Shown in pieces: positions 28,335 to 38,268 of a stretch of DNA of 64,000 nt (positions are counted from its first letter, which is position 1; the number at the start of each line of letters is the position of its first letter). The stretch spans positions 2,037 through 66,036 of the IMG/VR virus record IMGVR_UViG_3300018719_000041; one strand, written 5' to 3'. The translations under genes and the position numbers were made by a program. The stretch is from a virus. Taxonomy: Duplodnaviria > Caudoviricetes. The notes below the pieces were generated by a model. The model was given only the letters and a program-made list of their open reading frames with translations. It ran no database searches and was not told where the DNA came from.

Positions 28335-30285
28335 CGAGTGGGGGGCAGCTAACCGCACCTATCCCCCAAGCGCCGGTATTCCGGGCCCGCGGAACCCGTA
28401 CCTGACGCCATACGCCATCCCGTTTGGGCGTGGCGTCGCGGCACGCCGGCATAGGCGTGTCGTCTTTGTCGTCGGCGCCCAGATGGGGAAGACGGAAACG
28501 TTGCTCGATATCATCGGGCAGCGTCTCGATGAGCGGCCGGCGCCGATCCTCTATGTCGGGCCGAACAAGCAGTTCTTGAACGAGCAGTTCGAGCCGCGCG
28601 TCATGGCGTTGCTCGATGAGGCTCCGCGTCTCGCCGGCAAGGTGGCTCGAGGTAAGCGCATGACGAAGACCCGTAAGGTCATCGCCGGCGTGCCGCTTCG
28701 CCTGGCGCATGCAGGGTCTTCAACTGCGCTGAAGTCCGACCCTGCCGCTCTGGCGGTGACAGATGAGGTCGACGAGCTCGTGGCGAATGTGAAAGGGCAG
28801 GGTGATCCGACCGGCCTGATCGACGCTCGCGGCGATACCTACGATGACTTCGTTCACGCGATGGTCTCGACCTGCACCAAGGGCATTAAAGAGACGGAGA
28901 TCGATCCTGTGAGCGGCCTGAAATTCTGGAAAGTGCAGGCCGCCGAGGACATCGAAAGCACGATCTGGAAGTTCTGGCAGGGCGGCACCCGCTATCATTG
29001 GACCTGGCGCTGTCCTGAGTGTCGCGAATGGTTCATCCCGCGCTTCGAGTGCCTGGAATACACCGGTAAAGGCAATGAACTGAGAACGACCCCTGCTCTG
29101 GCTCGCGCGACGGCTGTTCTCGTCTGCCCCAACAACGGCTGTGTCATCACGGAAGAGCACAAGGAGCAGATGAATGCCGAGGGCGTGTACGTCGCGCCCG
29201 GGCAGAGCATCGATGCCGACGGCCACGTGGTCGGCGGCCCCCCTGAAACCGACACGCTGTCGTTCTGGGCGTCCGGGCTGGCCTCGCCGTTCCAGAGCTT
29301 CGGGGATCGCGCCGCGCGTTACGTCGAGGCGGTCCAATCCGGTGATCCTGAGAAGATCCAGACGGCGGTCACGCAGGGCTTCGGTGAGCTCTGGGCTCCA
29401 ACCAATGGTGATGTGCCGGAATGGAAAGAGGTCGAAGACTGCAAGTTGCCCTACCTGTCGAGCGATGTGCCGGATGGGGTGCTCTTCCTGACAGCCGGCG
29501 TGGACGTGCAGAAGCGCAAGCTGGTCTATGTGGTCCGCGGCTGGGGCGTTCGGCAGGAATCCTGGCGGCTTGACGCCGGGGAGCTGCACGGATCGGGCGA
29601 CACCCGCCTCGATGACATCTGGCTTGACCTCTATGAGCAGATACTCGATCGCGATTATGGCGGGCTGCGCATCATGCGCGCCTTCATCGACTCCGGTTTC
29701 CGGCCGGGCAAGGCTGAGGCTGGCGACGAGAACAAGGTCTATGAGTTCTGCCGCCGGCATTCGCGGCTATGCTACGCGACCAAGGGGTTCGATCATCGGC
29801 TCGAGCCGATATCGGTGAAGCGCATCGACGTGACCCCCGCCGGAAATCGGCCGAAATACGGGCTCGATCTGGTGCGCCTCGATTCTGACGTCCTGAAGTC
29901 TTGGGTTCATTCCCGCGTTCGGTGGCCGAAAGACCACCCCGGTGGCTGGCACCTGCCAATGGATGCGACCGAGGAATATTGCCGCCAGATTGTGAACGAA
30001 GCGCGCATGAAGAAGCCGGGTGGCGGGTTCGTCTGGGTTCCTCGTGGACCGCGCGACTATCTTGACGCCGAAGCTTTGGCTTACGGCGCAGCGAAGATGC
30101 TCGGACTTGAACGCCTGAGCGACAACGCGGTCCGCCGGTCGACGAGCGCGTCGACGCTCAGGCGGCCCGATCCCGAACCCAGCGAAGCGTCCCCGGACGG
30201 GGATCAAGACGCTGCTACACCGCTACAACGCCCCACCGCATCGTCATTCCTGGGTGGGCGAGGATCCAACTGGTTTAGGCGCTGA
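28234..30285 (+). CDS. Terminase large subunit (lambda GpA family); start uncertain
   Basis: AQMGKT, TDEVD, CPEC, AGVDVQ, IDSG and DYLDAE motifs. Confidence 0.92.
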   Translation: MTFSESSLLIPPKRPRLLRRAAHLLQPSTRSTPDEWGAANRTYPPSAGIPGPRNPYLTPYAIPFGRGVAARRHRRVVFVVGAQMGKTETLLDIIGQRLDERPAPILYVGPNKQFLNEQFEPRVMALLDEAPRLAGKVARGKRMTKTRKVIAGVPLRLAHAGSSTALKSDPAALAVTDEVDELVANVKGQGDPTGLIDARGDTYDDFVHAMVSTCTKGIKETEIDPVSGLKFWKVQAAEDIESTIWKFWQGGTRYHWTWRCPECREWFIPRFECLEYTGKGNELRTTPALARATAVLVCPNNGCVITEEHKEQMNAEGVYVAPGQSIDADGHVVGGPPETDTLSFWASGLASPFQSFGDRAARYVEAVQSGDPEKIQTAVTQGFGELWAPTNGDVPEWKEVEDCKLPYLSSDVPDGVLFLTAGVDVQKRKLVYVVRGWGVRQESWRLDAGELHGSGDTRLDDIWLDLYEQILDRDYGGLRIMRAFIDSGFRPGKAEAGDENKVYEFCRRHSRLCYATKGFDHRLEPISVKRIDVTPAGNRPKYGLDLVRLDSDVLKSWVHSRVRWPKDHPGGWHLPMDATEEYCRQIVNEARMKKPGGGFVWVPRGPRDYLDAEALAYGAAKMLGLERLSDNAVRRSTSASTLRRPDPEPSEASPDGDQDAATPLQRPTASSFLGGRGSNWFRR

Positions 30286-30287
30286 GC

Positions 30288-30494
30288 ATGGCAGATCCCG
30301 TTCTCACCCCTGCAGACGTGACGGTGCTGAAGAAGGCCATCGCCTCAGGGGCTCTCAAGGTTCGTTACGCCGATGGTCGCGAGGTCACCTATCGCTCGCT
30401 CAAGGAGATGCTCGAGATCCTCGATAGGGTGGAAGACGAAATCGCTCCTAGCTCGAAGTCACGCGTATCATTCGCCAAGTTCGTAAGGGATTGA
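30288..30494 (+). CDS. gpW-like head-tail joining protein
   Basis: AIASGAL.V.Y.DG..VTYRSL.EM. Confidence 0.85.
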   Translation: MADPVLTPADVTVLKKAIASGALKVRYADGREVTYRSLKEMLEILDRVEDEIAPSSKSRVSFAKFVRD

Positions 30495-30497
30495 ACC

Positions 30498-31982
30498 GTG
30501 TCCAGAGTCCTCAAGGCCCTTGCGTGGATTTCACCCCAGGCCGCGCTCAGTCGTGCGCGCGCCCTGGCGATGATCGAGGCGTCGACCCGCTACGCAGGGG
30601 CAACCACCGGACGGCGCGGGGCTTCGTTCCGAGGCGGGGCAGGTAGCGCCAATGCGGCCATCGGCGGCAAGCTGTCGATCCTGCGGGAGCGATCCCACGA
30701 AATGGTTCGCGACCATTGGGCGTTCTCGCGCATCCTCGACGTGACGGTTGGTCACGCCGTCGGGGCAGGAATCTCCATCCTTCCCGACAATGGCAACGAC
30801 CGAGTCGATAGGATCGCGAAGGTAGCCTTCGAGGAATGGGCGGCATCGGCCGACATCAGCGGGGAGAACGACCTGAATGGCCTTCTGGCACTTGCTGTGC
30901 GCGGCATGCTGGAGGGCGGAAATACCCTGACCCGGATGGTCCCGCGGAAGATGGACGGTAAGCGTAAGGTCCCCTTGGCGCTGCAGCTCCTTGAGGGTGA
31001 GCACATCGACCATACCAAGGATGGTAAGATCAACGGCAAACAGACGCGCCTGGGCGTGGTATTGGGCGACCATGACGAGCGCCTGGGCTATTGGGTCTTC
31101 CCCCAGCATCCAGGCGAGAACACGGCCGGCATCGGGCAAACGGACGCGGTCTTCCTTGACCGCGCCGAGACGATCCACCTTTACCGCCAGCTTCGACCTG
31201 GCCAGATCCTCGGCGTTCCGGTCTTTGCCCCGATCCTGCTGCCGGCACGCGATCTCGATGATCTGATGGAAGCCGTCATCATCAAGGCGAAGATCGAAGC
31301 CTGCTTCTCAGCTTTTGTGACGAAGCAGGGCGATGGCGGGCCGCTCGCGTCCCTGACATCCGACAAGGGCGATCGCGCGATCACCGAGATCGCGCCCGGG
31401 GTGATCAACCATCTGCGCGAAGGCGAGAGCATCACCTTCGCACAGCCGACCGGTACTAGTCACTTCGAGTCGATCAACCTTGCCGGCCTCTATGCCATGG
31501 CGGCGGGGGCCGGGGTCACGTACGACCAGATGACCGGCGACCTGCGGCAGGCGAACTATTCCAGCCTCCGGGCCGGGAAAATAGAGTTCCGACGCCAGAT
31601 CGAGCAGCTGCAATGGCTGACCATCGTGCCGAAGCAGCTCAATCCAATCACGCGCCGCTTCACCGAGACGGCCATCCTGGCAGGCGCTTTGAAAGAACGT
31701 AAGGACGGCTACCGCTGGAAGTACGTTATGCCAGCGAATGAGCCGATCGATCCGAAAAAGGATCTTGAGGCCGACATCCTGGCGGTCCGTGCCGGCCGCA
31801 TGAGCCCGCAGGAATTCATTGCGGGCTGGGGCCGCGACTGGCGCGAGGTGATCGATGACTTTGCGTCGTTCCTCGCCGAGATCGACAAGAAGGGCCTCGT
31901 CTTCGATTTCGATCCCCGCAAGCTCAACAAGTCCGGTTCGGAGCACCCCGAACCCCCGGCTGCCAGCGGCTCTCAAGAGTAA
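30498..31982 (+). CDS. Portal protein, lambda family
   Basis: RPGQ..GVP, MTGDLRQANYSSLR and IDP.KD motifs. Confidence 0.92.
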   Translation: MSRVLKALAWISPQAALSRARALAMIEASTRYAGATTGRRGASFRGGAGSANAAIGGKLSILRERSHEMVRDHWAFSRILDVTVGHAVGAGISILPDNGNDRVDRIAKVAFEEWAASADISGENDLNGLLALAVRGMLEGGNTLTRMVPRKMDGKRKVPLALQLLEGEHIDHTKDGKINGKQTRLGVVLGDHDERLGYWVFPQHPGENTAGIGQTDAVFLDRAETIHLYRQLRPGQILGVPVFAPILLPARDLDDLMEAVIIKAKIEACFSAFVTKQGDGGPLASLTSDKGDRAITEIAPGVINHLREGESITFAQPTGTSHFESINLAGLYAMAAGAGVTYDQMTGDLRQANYSSLRAGKIEFRRQIEQLQWLTIVPKQLNPITRRFTETAILAGALKERKDGYRWKYVMPANEPIDPKKDLEADILAVRAGRMSPQEFIAGWGRDWREVIDDFASFLAEIDKKGLVFDFDPRKLNKSGSEHPEPPAASGSQE

Positions 31983-31994
31983 GGAAAACCGTAA

Positions 31995-32651
31995 ATGTCA
32001 CAGACGACGAACGGGGCGGCTCCCGCCGCTCCGATGGACAACACGCGCCTGGCTCCGGAAGGCTGGACCCCTGGACAGGTCGAAACCCGTTATGTCGAGG
32101 TCAAGAGCCTGATCCCGCGCTCCTACAATTCCAAGGAGGGCACCATCGAGGCGGTCCTCGCCACCGGCTACAGGGTCCGTCGCTGGTTCGGCTGGGAAGA
32201 ACTCGCGATCCGTGACGACGCCATCAACCTGCAGCGCGTCGCTCTCGGGAAAGTCAGGCTGCTCGACCACCACAACCAGTTCGAGCGCAATGCCGTCCTG
32301 GGCGTCGTCATCGATGCCCGTGTCGAGAACGGGGCCTTGATCGGCACCATCAAGTTCGCTGACAGCGACGTCGGCCGAGAGGCCGAGCGGCAGGTGTCCA
32401 GCGGCGAGCTGACCGGCATCTCCGTCGGCTATCGCATCACCAGGCTCGTCCTCGCCGAGAGCAGCGAAGACGATGATGTCTATCGAGCCGAGGCCTGGGA
32501 GCTTCTGGAGGTCTCGCTCGTCTCCGTTCCTGCCGATCCGCACGCTGGCGTGCGGTCGCTGGTATCCCCTCGGCCCAAGCTGAGGGGATTCATCGAGACG
32601 CTTCGCACGCGGATGCGGATGCGCGCTCGCCAAGCGGGGATCGGCACCTAA
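31995..32651 (+). CDS. HK97-family prohead protease
   Basis: LLDHH, GISVGY and EVSLVSVPAD motifs. Confidence 0.88.
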   Translation: MSQTTNGAAPAAPMDNTRLAPEGWTPGQVETRYVEVKSLIPRSYNSKEGTIEAVLATGYRVRRWFGWEELAIRDDAINLQRVALGKVRLLDHHNQFERNAVLGVVIDARVENGALIGTIKFADSDVGREAERQVSSGELTGISVGYRITRLVLAESSEDDDVYRAEAWELLEVSLVSVPADPHAGVRSLVSPRPKLRGFIETLRTRMRMRARQAGIGT

Positions 32652-32735
32652 GCCCCCCGATTCCACCAACGCCGCCTGTGCTCCGCCGGGGCCGCAGGGT
32701 GAAGGCGAGTTGCCCCGGATTCTTGGAGACAAAGC

Positions 32736-34442
32736 ATGACCCGAAATAAGGTCAAAATCTTCAACATCGCGGCTATTGCGCTGGCCGCCTGCGCTGCGGT
32801 TCTCATGTTCTCGCCTGAGGCATTCGCGGCGACAGCTCCGATCAAAGTGCAGGCCGGCGACTTTGGGGCCCTCAAAGACCTCGTTGCGACGGCCAGCATC
32901 AGTCTGGCGGCTCTTCGCTCACAACACGCCGACCTCGTGTCGCGAGCTGCCGCTAAGATCGCAGAGCTCAAGGACGACACCCCACCTGAGCAGGCCCGGA
33001 AGATCGAGGACGAACATAAGGAACTCCTGCGACAGATCGAGGCGATTAAGGACGACATCGCCAAGGCCGAGGCCGATGAACGCCGCTTGGCTCTTGAAGT
33101 GGGCACCGCGCCCGCTCCGCAGGTGGACGACGCCGCCGTACGCAGCGCGGTCGGTACCGCTGTCGCTGACGCCCTTGCCACCGAGCGCCAGCGTACCGCT
33201 GAGATCACCAGCATCGGCCGTCGCGCCGGCATGGACGCCGGGGTCATCGAAAAGGCAATCCGGGACAACACCTCGGTGGCCGAGTTCCGCCAGCTTGCCT
33301 TCGACAAGCTCACCTCTGACGCCGACAAGGTCCGTGTCTCGGCGACCCATACTCGAGTCGAAATGGGCGGGCAGGACGCTGATGAGACCCGCCGCAATGC
33401 GGCGATCAACGCTCTGTTGCATCGCGCCGACCCTGGCTCCGTGAAGCTGGAGGATGCTGCTCGGGAGTTCCGTGGGCTGAGCCTCTCCGAGATGGCGAAG
33501 GACTTCCTCGAGGCGCGCGGTGTCAAAACTCGCGGACTGACGAAGTCGCAGGTCGCCGAGCGCGCGTTCCATTCGACGTCAGATTTCCCGTATATCCTGG
33601 AGAACGTGGCGAACAGATCGCTTCGTGCGGCCTATGAGGCGTACCCGCGCACTTTTCAGCCGTTCTGCCGCCAGATCACGGCTTCCGACTTCAAGGCGAT
33701 GAACCGCGTCCAGATGGGCGAGGCTCCGCAGCTCCTCAAGGTGAACGAAAACGGCGAGTTCAAGCGCGGCACGATCACCGAGGGCAAGCAGTCGATCAAG
33801 ATCGAGACGTATGGCCGCGTGGTGGGGATCACCCGCCAGGTGATCGTCAACGACGATCTTGGGGCATTCACCCGAATCCCGGCCATGTTCGGCACCTCGA
33901 TTGCGACCCTGGAGAGCGACATCGTCTGGGCGTTGATCATTAACAACGTCGTTATGGCGGATGGCACGGCCCTGTTCCATGCCAACCACAAGAACCTCGC
34001 CACAGGTGTCGCATTCAGCATCGACGGCATCAGCAAGACGCGTCTGCTCCTGTCGAAGCAGGTCGGCCTCGACGGCAAGACCAAGATTAATGTTCGCCCC
34101 CGGTTCCTGCTCCTCCCGTCCGAGTTGGAGACCGCCGCCGAACAGCTTCTCGCCACGCCGTTCATGGCTGAGCAATCCGACAAGACGGTGCCTGCGTCCA
34201 TGCGCTCACTGACCCCGATTGTCGAGCCGCGCCTGTCGGATGCCTCCGACAAAGCTTACTACCTCGCTGCCGATCCGAGTACGGTCGACACCCTCGAATA
34301 TGCCTACCTCGAAGGGAATGAGGGCGCCTACATCGAGACCCGCCAGGGCTTCGACGTGGACGGCATGGAGGTGAAGTGCCGCCTCGACTTCGGCGCTGCC
34401 GCCATCGACTGGAAGGGCCTCGCCAAGAACCCGGGCGCATAA
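32736..34442 (+). CDS. Major capsid protein (gpT-like) with N-terminal scaffold
   Basis: HSTSDFP, E.GEFK, TYGR...ITRQ..VNDDLG, LFHANHKN and RLDFGA motifs. Confidence 0.9.
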   Translation: MTRNKVKIFNIAAIALAACAAVLMFSPEAFAATAPIKVQAGDFGALKDLVATASISLAALRSQHADLVSRAAAKIAELKDDTPPEQARKIEDEHKELLRQIEAIKDDIAKAEADERRLALEVGTAPAPQVDDAAVRSAVGTAVADALATERQRTAEITSIGRRAGMDAGVIEKAIRDNTSVAEFRQLAFDKLTSDADKVRVSATHTRVEMGGQDADETRRNAAINALLHRADPGSVKLEDAAREFRGLSLSEMAKDFLEARGVKTRGLTKSQVAERAFHSTSDFPYILENVANRSLRAAYEAYPRTFQPFCRQITASDFKAMNRVQMGEAPQLLKVNENGEFKRGTITEGKQSIKIETYGRVVGITRQVIVNDDLGAFTRIPAMFGTSIATLESDIVWALIINNVVMADGTALFHANHKNLATGVAFSIDGISKTRLLLSKQVGLDGKTKINVRPRFLLLPSELETAAEQLLATPFMAEQSDKTVPASMRSLTPIVEPRLSDASDKAYYLAADPSTVDTLEYAYLEGNEGAYIETRQGFDVDGMEVKCRLDFGAAAIDWKGLAKNPGA

Positions 34443-34469
34443 GATCGCGCGTCACGATCGAACTGACCT

Positions 34470-34502
34470 GACGAACGGGCGGCCATCAAGCCGCCCTTCG
34501 TC
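34470..34502 (+). terminator. Hairpin after the capsid gene
   Basis: GACGAACGGGCGGC...GCCGCCCTTCGTC. Confidence 0.5.
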
Positions 34503-34542
34503 ATATTGACCCGCTCTTCTTCCAGATTCGAGGAGAAACTTC

Positions 34543-34872
34543 GTGAAGAACTACATTCAGCCCGGCAAAGTCGTGACGGTGCCGGCCCCCTATGATGTCA
34601 CGTCCGGTGACGGTGCCCTCGTCGGTGCCCTGTTTGGCATCGCCTCAACTAATGCGGCTTCAGGCGATGACGTCGAGATCGAGACCTGCGGCGTCTTCGA
34701 GATCAAGAAGACCTCGGCACAGGCCTGGACCGTCGGCGCGAAGGTCTATTGGGACAACACCAACAAGGTCGCCACCACCACGGCCTCCGGCAATACCCTG
34801 ATCGGTGCGGCTGTGCAGGCTGCCGCCAATCCGTCCGAGACGGGCGTCGTCCGCCTGAACGGCACAGTCTAA
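34543..34872 (+). CDS. DUF2190 capsid cement/decoration protein
   Basis: KNYIQPG start; G.KVYWD; VRLNG end. Confidence 0.85.
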   Translation: MKNYIQPGKVVTVPAPYDVTSGDGALVGALFGIASTNAASGDDVEIETCGVFEIKKTSAQAWTVGAKVYWDNTNKVATTTASGNTLIGAAVQAAANPSETGVVRLNGTV

Positions 34873-34881
34873 GGAGCTTCC

Positions 34882-35295
34882 ATGGCCTCGCCTTTTGAAG
34901 CCGCAATGGCGGCGGCCGACACCGCCATCACCGCGATCATGGGCGAGGCCATCCAGATCCACCCCATGGTCCAAAGCCAATACAAGGGGGCAATCCCGGA
35001 TCCGGATCGCCCCGTTGTGTCGGTTCAAGCGGTCTTCACTCTCACGCCAGAGAGTGACCGCCTCAAGGGCATGAAAACAGGCGCCGAGATTGAGGGTTTC
35101 GCTGCCCTCCAGGTTGCTGATGCCGAGCTGTGGATCTGCGCCGAAGTTGTCAAATCCCTTCCGTATAGGCCGAGGGCTGATGACCGCATCGTCCTGGCTG
35201 AGAAGCCGGGGACGTCATCCTATTCCATCGTCCGTCCCAAGCCGTCCGACCTAGGCGATCTCAAATTCGCGCTGGTCGTCGAGAATGCCCCATGA
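34882..35295 (+). CDS. Head-tail joining protein
   Basis: Position and size; PDPDRP motif. Confidence 0.6.
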   Translation: MASPFEAAMAAADTAITAIMGEAIQIHPMVQSQYKGAIPDPDRPVVSVQAVFTLTPESDRLKGMKTGAEIEGFAALQVADAELWICAEVVKSLPYRPRADDRIVLAEKPGTSSYSIVRPKPSDLGDLKFALVVENAP

Positions 35296-36110
35296 GCCTC
35301 GTCAGTTTCGCGATCCGCACCTGCCTTCAACGCGCTCTCAAGGGAAAGACCTACGCAGAGGATCGAGTATTCGATTCTCAGATCACTCCCATCGACGAGA
35401 ACATCGAAGCCGGGCAACAGCCCCTGATCGTGATTTCGACTGATGACGATCTCGGAGAAATCTTACATTGGGGCGTCCTCCGAACCAATCGCGGACTCGA
35501 AGTCGTAATCGAAGCCGTCCTGGCGACCTTCGTACAAACGACTGTCGAGAACGACCAAGAACAGATCGAAATCGTTATCCCGCACACCGATGCAGGCATG
35601 GAGGCGTCGCTCGCGTTCATGGTGCGTCAGATCTATCGCGGCATGATGGATTCTCTCGACCCTTGGGCGGAACTGCTCAAAGAGTTCATGGGTGATATTA
35701 CAAAGGTTGTCGCGCGGCGCGGGGCGAGCGCTGAAAAGGGTGTGCGCTTCGCTGCGCGACAAGTCGTTGTGACATGTGATCCGCTTTATGAGCCCGATTT
35801 CGGCGACGACATTCCTCCGGAGAGCCCATGGGGACGCCTTCTGACCCTCATGGAGGCAGACCCCGAACTCGACGACTTGGCGAAGGTGCTTCGCGTCGAG
35901 ATCACCAACGGGAACGATCTTCCGTCTTGGCGCCGCTTCCAGGCGTCTCGCGGTTGGACTACCGCGGAAGTGTGGAACGCAGGCTTCGCCCCGGTCGACG
36001 AGACCGAAACCGGCGAGGCCCCTGGAATGGTCAGGGCCGAACTCGAAAACGACGAGCGCCTCACCACAATCGAGCAAGACAGCACGAGCCCTGTTCCGCC
36101 CGGGGACTGA
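35292..36110 (+). CDS. Neck/tail-terminator-like protein
   Basis: T.AEDRVFDS..PLIVI.TDDD; position before the baseplate genes. Confidence 0.55.
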   Translation: MSLVSFAIRTCLQRALKGKTYAEDRVFDSQITPIDENIEAGQQPLIVISTDDDLGEILHWGVLRTNRGLEVVIEAVLATFVQTTVENDQEQIEIVIPHTDAGMEASLAFMVRQIYRGMMDSLDPWAELLKEFMGDITKVVARRGASAEKGVRFAARQVVVTCDPLYEPDFGDDIPPESPWGRLLTLMEADPELDDLAKVLRVEITNGNDLPSWRRFQASRGWTTAEVWNAGFAPVDETETGEAPGMVRAELENDERLTTIEQDSTSPVPPGD

Positions 36111-36114
36111 TCCC

Positions 36115-36579
36115 ATGCCTGATCTGACCGACATCTTGCTCGAGCTGCAGGGGCAGATCGTCGAGCTGCAGCGCCGACATGAGAATAGTGACCGACCCGG
36201 TGTGGTCCATGCCGTCGACGTCGCCAAGAAAAAGGTGAGGCTTCAGATCGGCGGAACCGACAACGAACCTTTCCTGACCCCATGGGTGCCATACGCCCAG
36301 GTGGCCGGTGAGCTGAAGATCCATTCTCCCCCGAGCGTCGGGCAGCAGATGATGTTCCGCTGCCCGGACGGGGATTTCCGACAGGGCTACGCCATTCCCT
36401 ATACGTGGTCCAACCAGAATCCGTCCCCATCGGATCGGGCTGACGAGCATGTCACCGCATTTGGTCAGTCGAAACAGACGATCCGGGAGGGGCAGCTTCG
36501 CCACGAAGTCGGAAGCTCCCAGGTGAGGGTGTCCGAGGAGAGGGTCAGGGCCGTCGCACCGATGATCGATTTGAATTAG
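36115..36579 (+). CDS. Baseplate spike (gpV-like)
   Basis: TPWVPY...PPSVGQQM....GD OB-fold motif. Confidence 0.82.
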   Translation: MPDLTDILLELQGQIVELQRRHENSDRPGVVHAVDVAKKKVRLQIGGTDNEPFLTPWVPYAQVAGELKIHSPPSVGQQMMFRCPDGDFRQGYAIPYTWSNQNPSPSDRADEHVTAFGQSKQTIREGQLRHEVGSSQVRVSEERVRAVAPMIDLN

Positions 36580-36588
36580 GAGCCTGCC

Positions 36589-37482
36589 ATGGCCGGTATC
36601 TCGCGCGATGTCTGCATTGCGCTGATCCTTCGCTATATCGGCGGGACCCCTTTGCGCGGTGCGGTCAATGTCCGCGCCAACAAACTCCTGGTGGCCCGCA
36701 AGGTCGGCTTCGGCGATCTCGGTGGATTGACCGATACGGTGCTTGCCGATGGGCTTGGATCGGTCTTCAGGAGCCCCCTGGCAGGCATGAAGAGCGCTTT
36801 GCAGGGCGCGATCTCAGGTGCTGTTGCGCAGCTGAAGGAGCATTTCAGGCAGACCGATGACGATGGAGGCGGCGAAGGCTCGTCCATCATGGAAGCCGAA
36901 CCCGACCCTGACGACGATGGAGCCACATATCCGCCGGAGATCGTGGCGCTGATCGAGGCGCTCGAAGGGGAGAGCGTTGGCCTTTCGGGGGCTGTCAGGC
37001 AGGTGGATCATGCCGCGAACCTCCTCTCCGGCGTCCAGCTTCCAGGCGATTTCGAGTTCGGCCTGGCCGATCTCCTCAGCCTTGCGCTCGACGGGTCGGA
37101 GACGCTCTTCGAGAGGGCATCGCGACCGCTGGAGCAGTTGCCCCGGCTCACCAAGGCCCACACCTTCGTCGCCACCCTGGCCCAGCAGGTGATCACAGGT
37201 GAGATCACGCCTGAGCGGGCAACCGCGATCATCCAGGATCACGCTTCCACCTTGCGCGCGGTGGTGTCGGCCAGCAATGCCGCTCTTGCGGCGATGCGAA
37301 ACGGCGCTGAGGCCGTCGCCCTCGTTCAGGAGGCGGCGGCCGCCCTCATGGATTCCGCGATGCTGAATGCAGAGACGTCGCGAGCCAAAGTCCTCGTGGA
37401 AACCATCGTCCGGCCGGAGCCGCTCGAAACCATGAGGCAGGTCGTCCACGACTGGACGCACCCGACCGCCGAAGACGACTGA
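36589..37482 (+). CDS. Hypothetical virion protein
   Basis: Strong RBS; in the baseplate operon; helical with an acidic insert. Confidence 0.65.
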   Translation: MAGISRDVCIALILRYIGGTPLRGAVNVRANKLLVARKVGFGDLGGLTDTVLADGLGSVFRSPLAGMKSALQGAISGAVAQLKEHFRQTDDDGGGEGSSIMEAEPDPDDDGATYPPEIVALIEALEGESVGLSGAVRQVDHAANLLSGVQLPGDFEFGLADLLSLALDGSETLFERASRPLEQLPRLTKAHTFVATLAQQVITGEITPERATAIIQDHASTLRAVVSASNAALAAMRNGAEAVALVQEAAAALMDSAMLNAETSRAKVLVETIVRPEPLETMRQVVHDWTHPTAEDD

Positions 37483-37487
37483 AAGGA

Positions 37488-37847
37488 ATGATCATGCTGC
37501 GTTACCGCTATGTCGTGACCGGGGAGGGCGCGGCGCGAGGATACCTGTTCGACCGCACGGTGGCTGAAGGTCAGGAGCTTTGGCTGACCGAGGGCGAGGC
37601 CACGACGCCGCTCGAGCAAGGCCTCATCGAGAATGGTAGCGAGCCCTTACCGGCTCCAGAGACCGTTACGGTGCAAGGTGCAGACATCCAGGCAGATCGC
37701 ATTGTGTTCTCCAAGCCTCAGAACATGGGCAAGAGTGATATTGGGCTGTTGCCCACGATAGGGAACGCCGTACGCCACCCGCTTGATCATGACGGAGATG
37801 GTCGGAAAGGCGGGTCCCTGAAGGGCAGCCATCGCCGGAGGTCCTGA
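37488..37847 (+). CDS. Hypothetical virion protein
   Basis: RBS GAAAGG; C-terminal PLDHDGDGRKGGS. Confidence 0.6.
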   Translation: MIMLRYRYVVTGEGAARGYLFDRTVAEGQELWLTEGEATTPLEQGLIENGSEPLPAPETVTVQGADIQADRIVFSKPQNMGKSDIGLLPTIGNAVRHPLDHDGDGRKGGSLKGSHRRRS

Positions 37848-37849
37848 CG

Positions 37850-38227
37850 ATGTCTGCCGGGATGAACCGCAAGACCGGCTATCGGCTTTCAGGCTGGGAT
37901 CACGTCCTGCAATCCCTGACCGACATCCTCACTACGATGGTCGGAACGCGCGTCATGAGACGCACCTACGGTAGCATGGTCCCTGCACTGCTTGGCCGCC
38001 CGATCAACCGGACGACCGTGCTGCGGTTCGCCACCGCCATCGTGGTCGCCATCGAGCTGTGGGAACCCCGGTTCCGCGTCAAGCGGATCACATTCAGGCG
38101 CTCTCAGAACAGCCCGGAACAGACCCGCCTCGGCTCCTTGTCGATGGTGATGGTCGGCGAGTACCGCCCGCGCGGCCATCTCGGCGATCCGACGCCGGAA
38201 GCCCAGGACCGCACCCTCACGATCTAG
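37850..38227 (+). CDS. Baseplate wedge gpW/gp25
   Basis: GMNR.TG, QSL.DILTT..GTRVMRR.YGS and WEPR motifs. Confidence 0.9.
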   Translation: MSAGMNRKTGYRLSGWDHVLQSLTDILTTMVGTRVMRRTYGSMVPALLGRPINRTTVLRFATAIVVAIELWEPRFRVKRITFRRSQNSPEQTRLGSLSMVMVGEYRPRGHLGDPTPEAQDRTLTI

Positions 38228-38268
38228 GCCGCGCCGTCCCGTTCGGCCGGGTCCAGCAAGGTTCCCCG

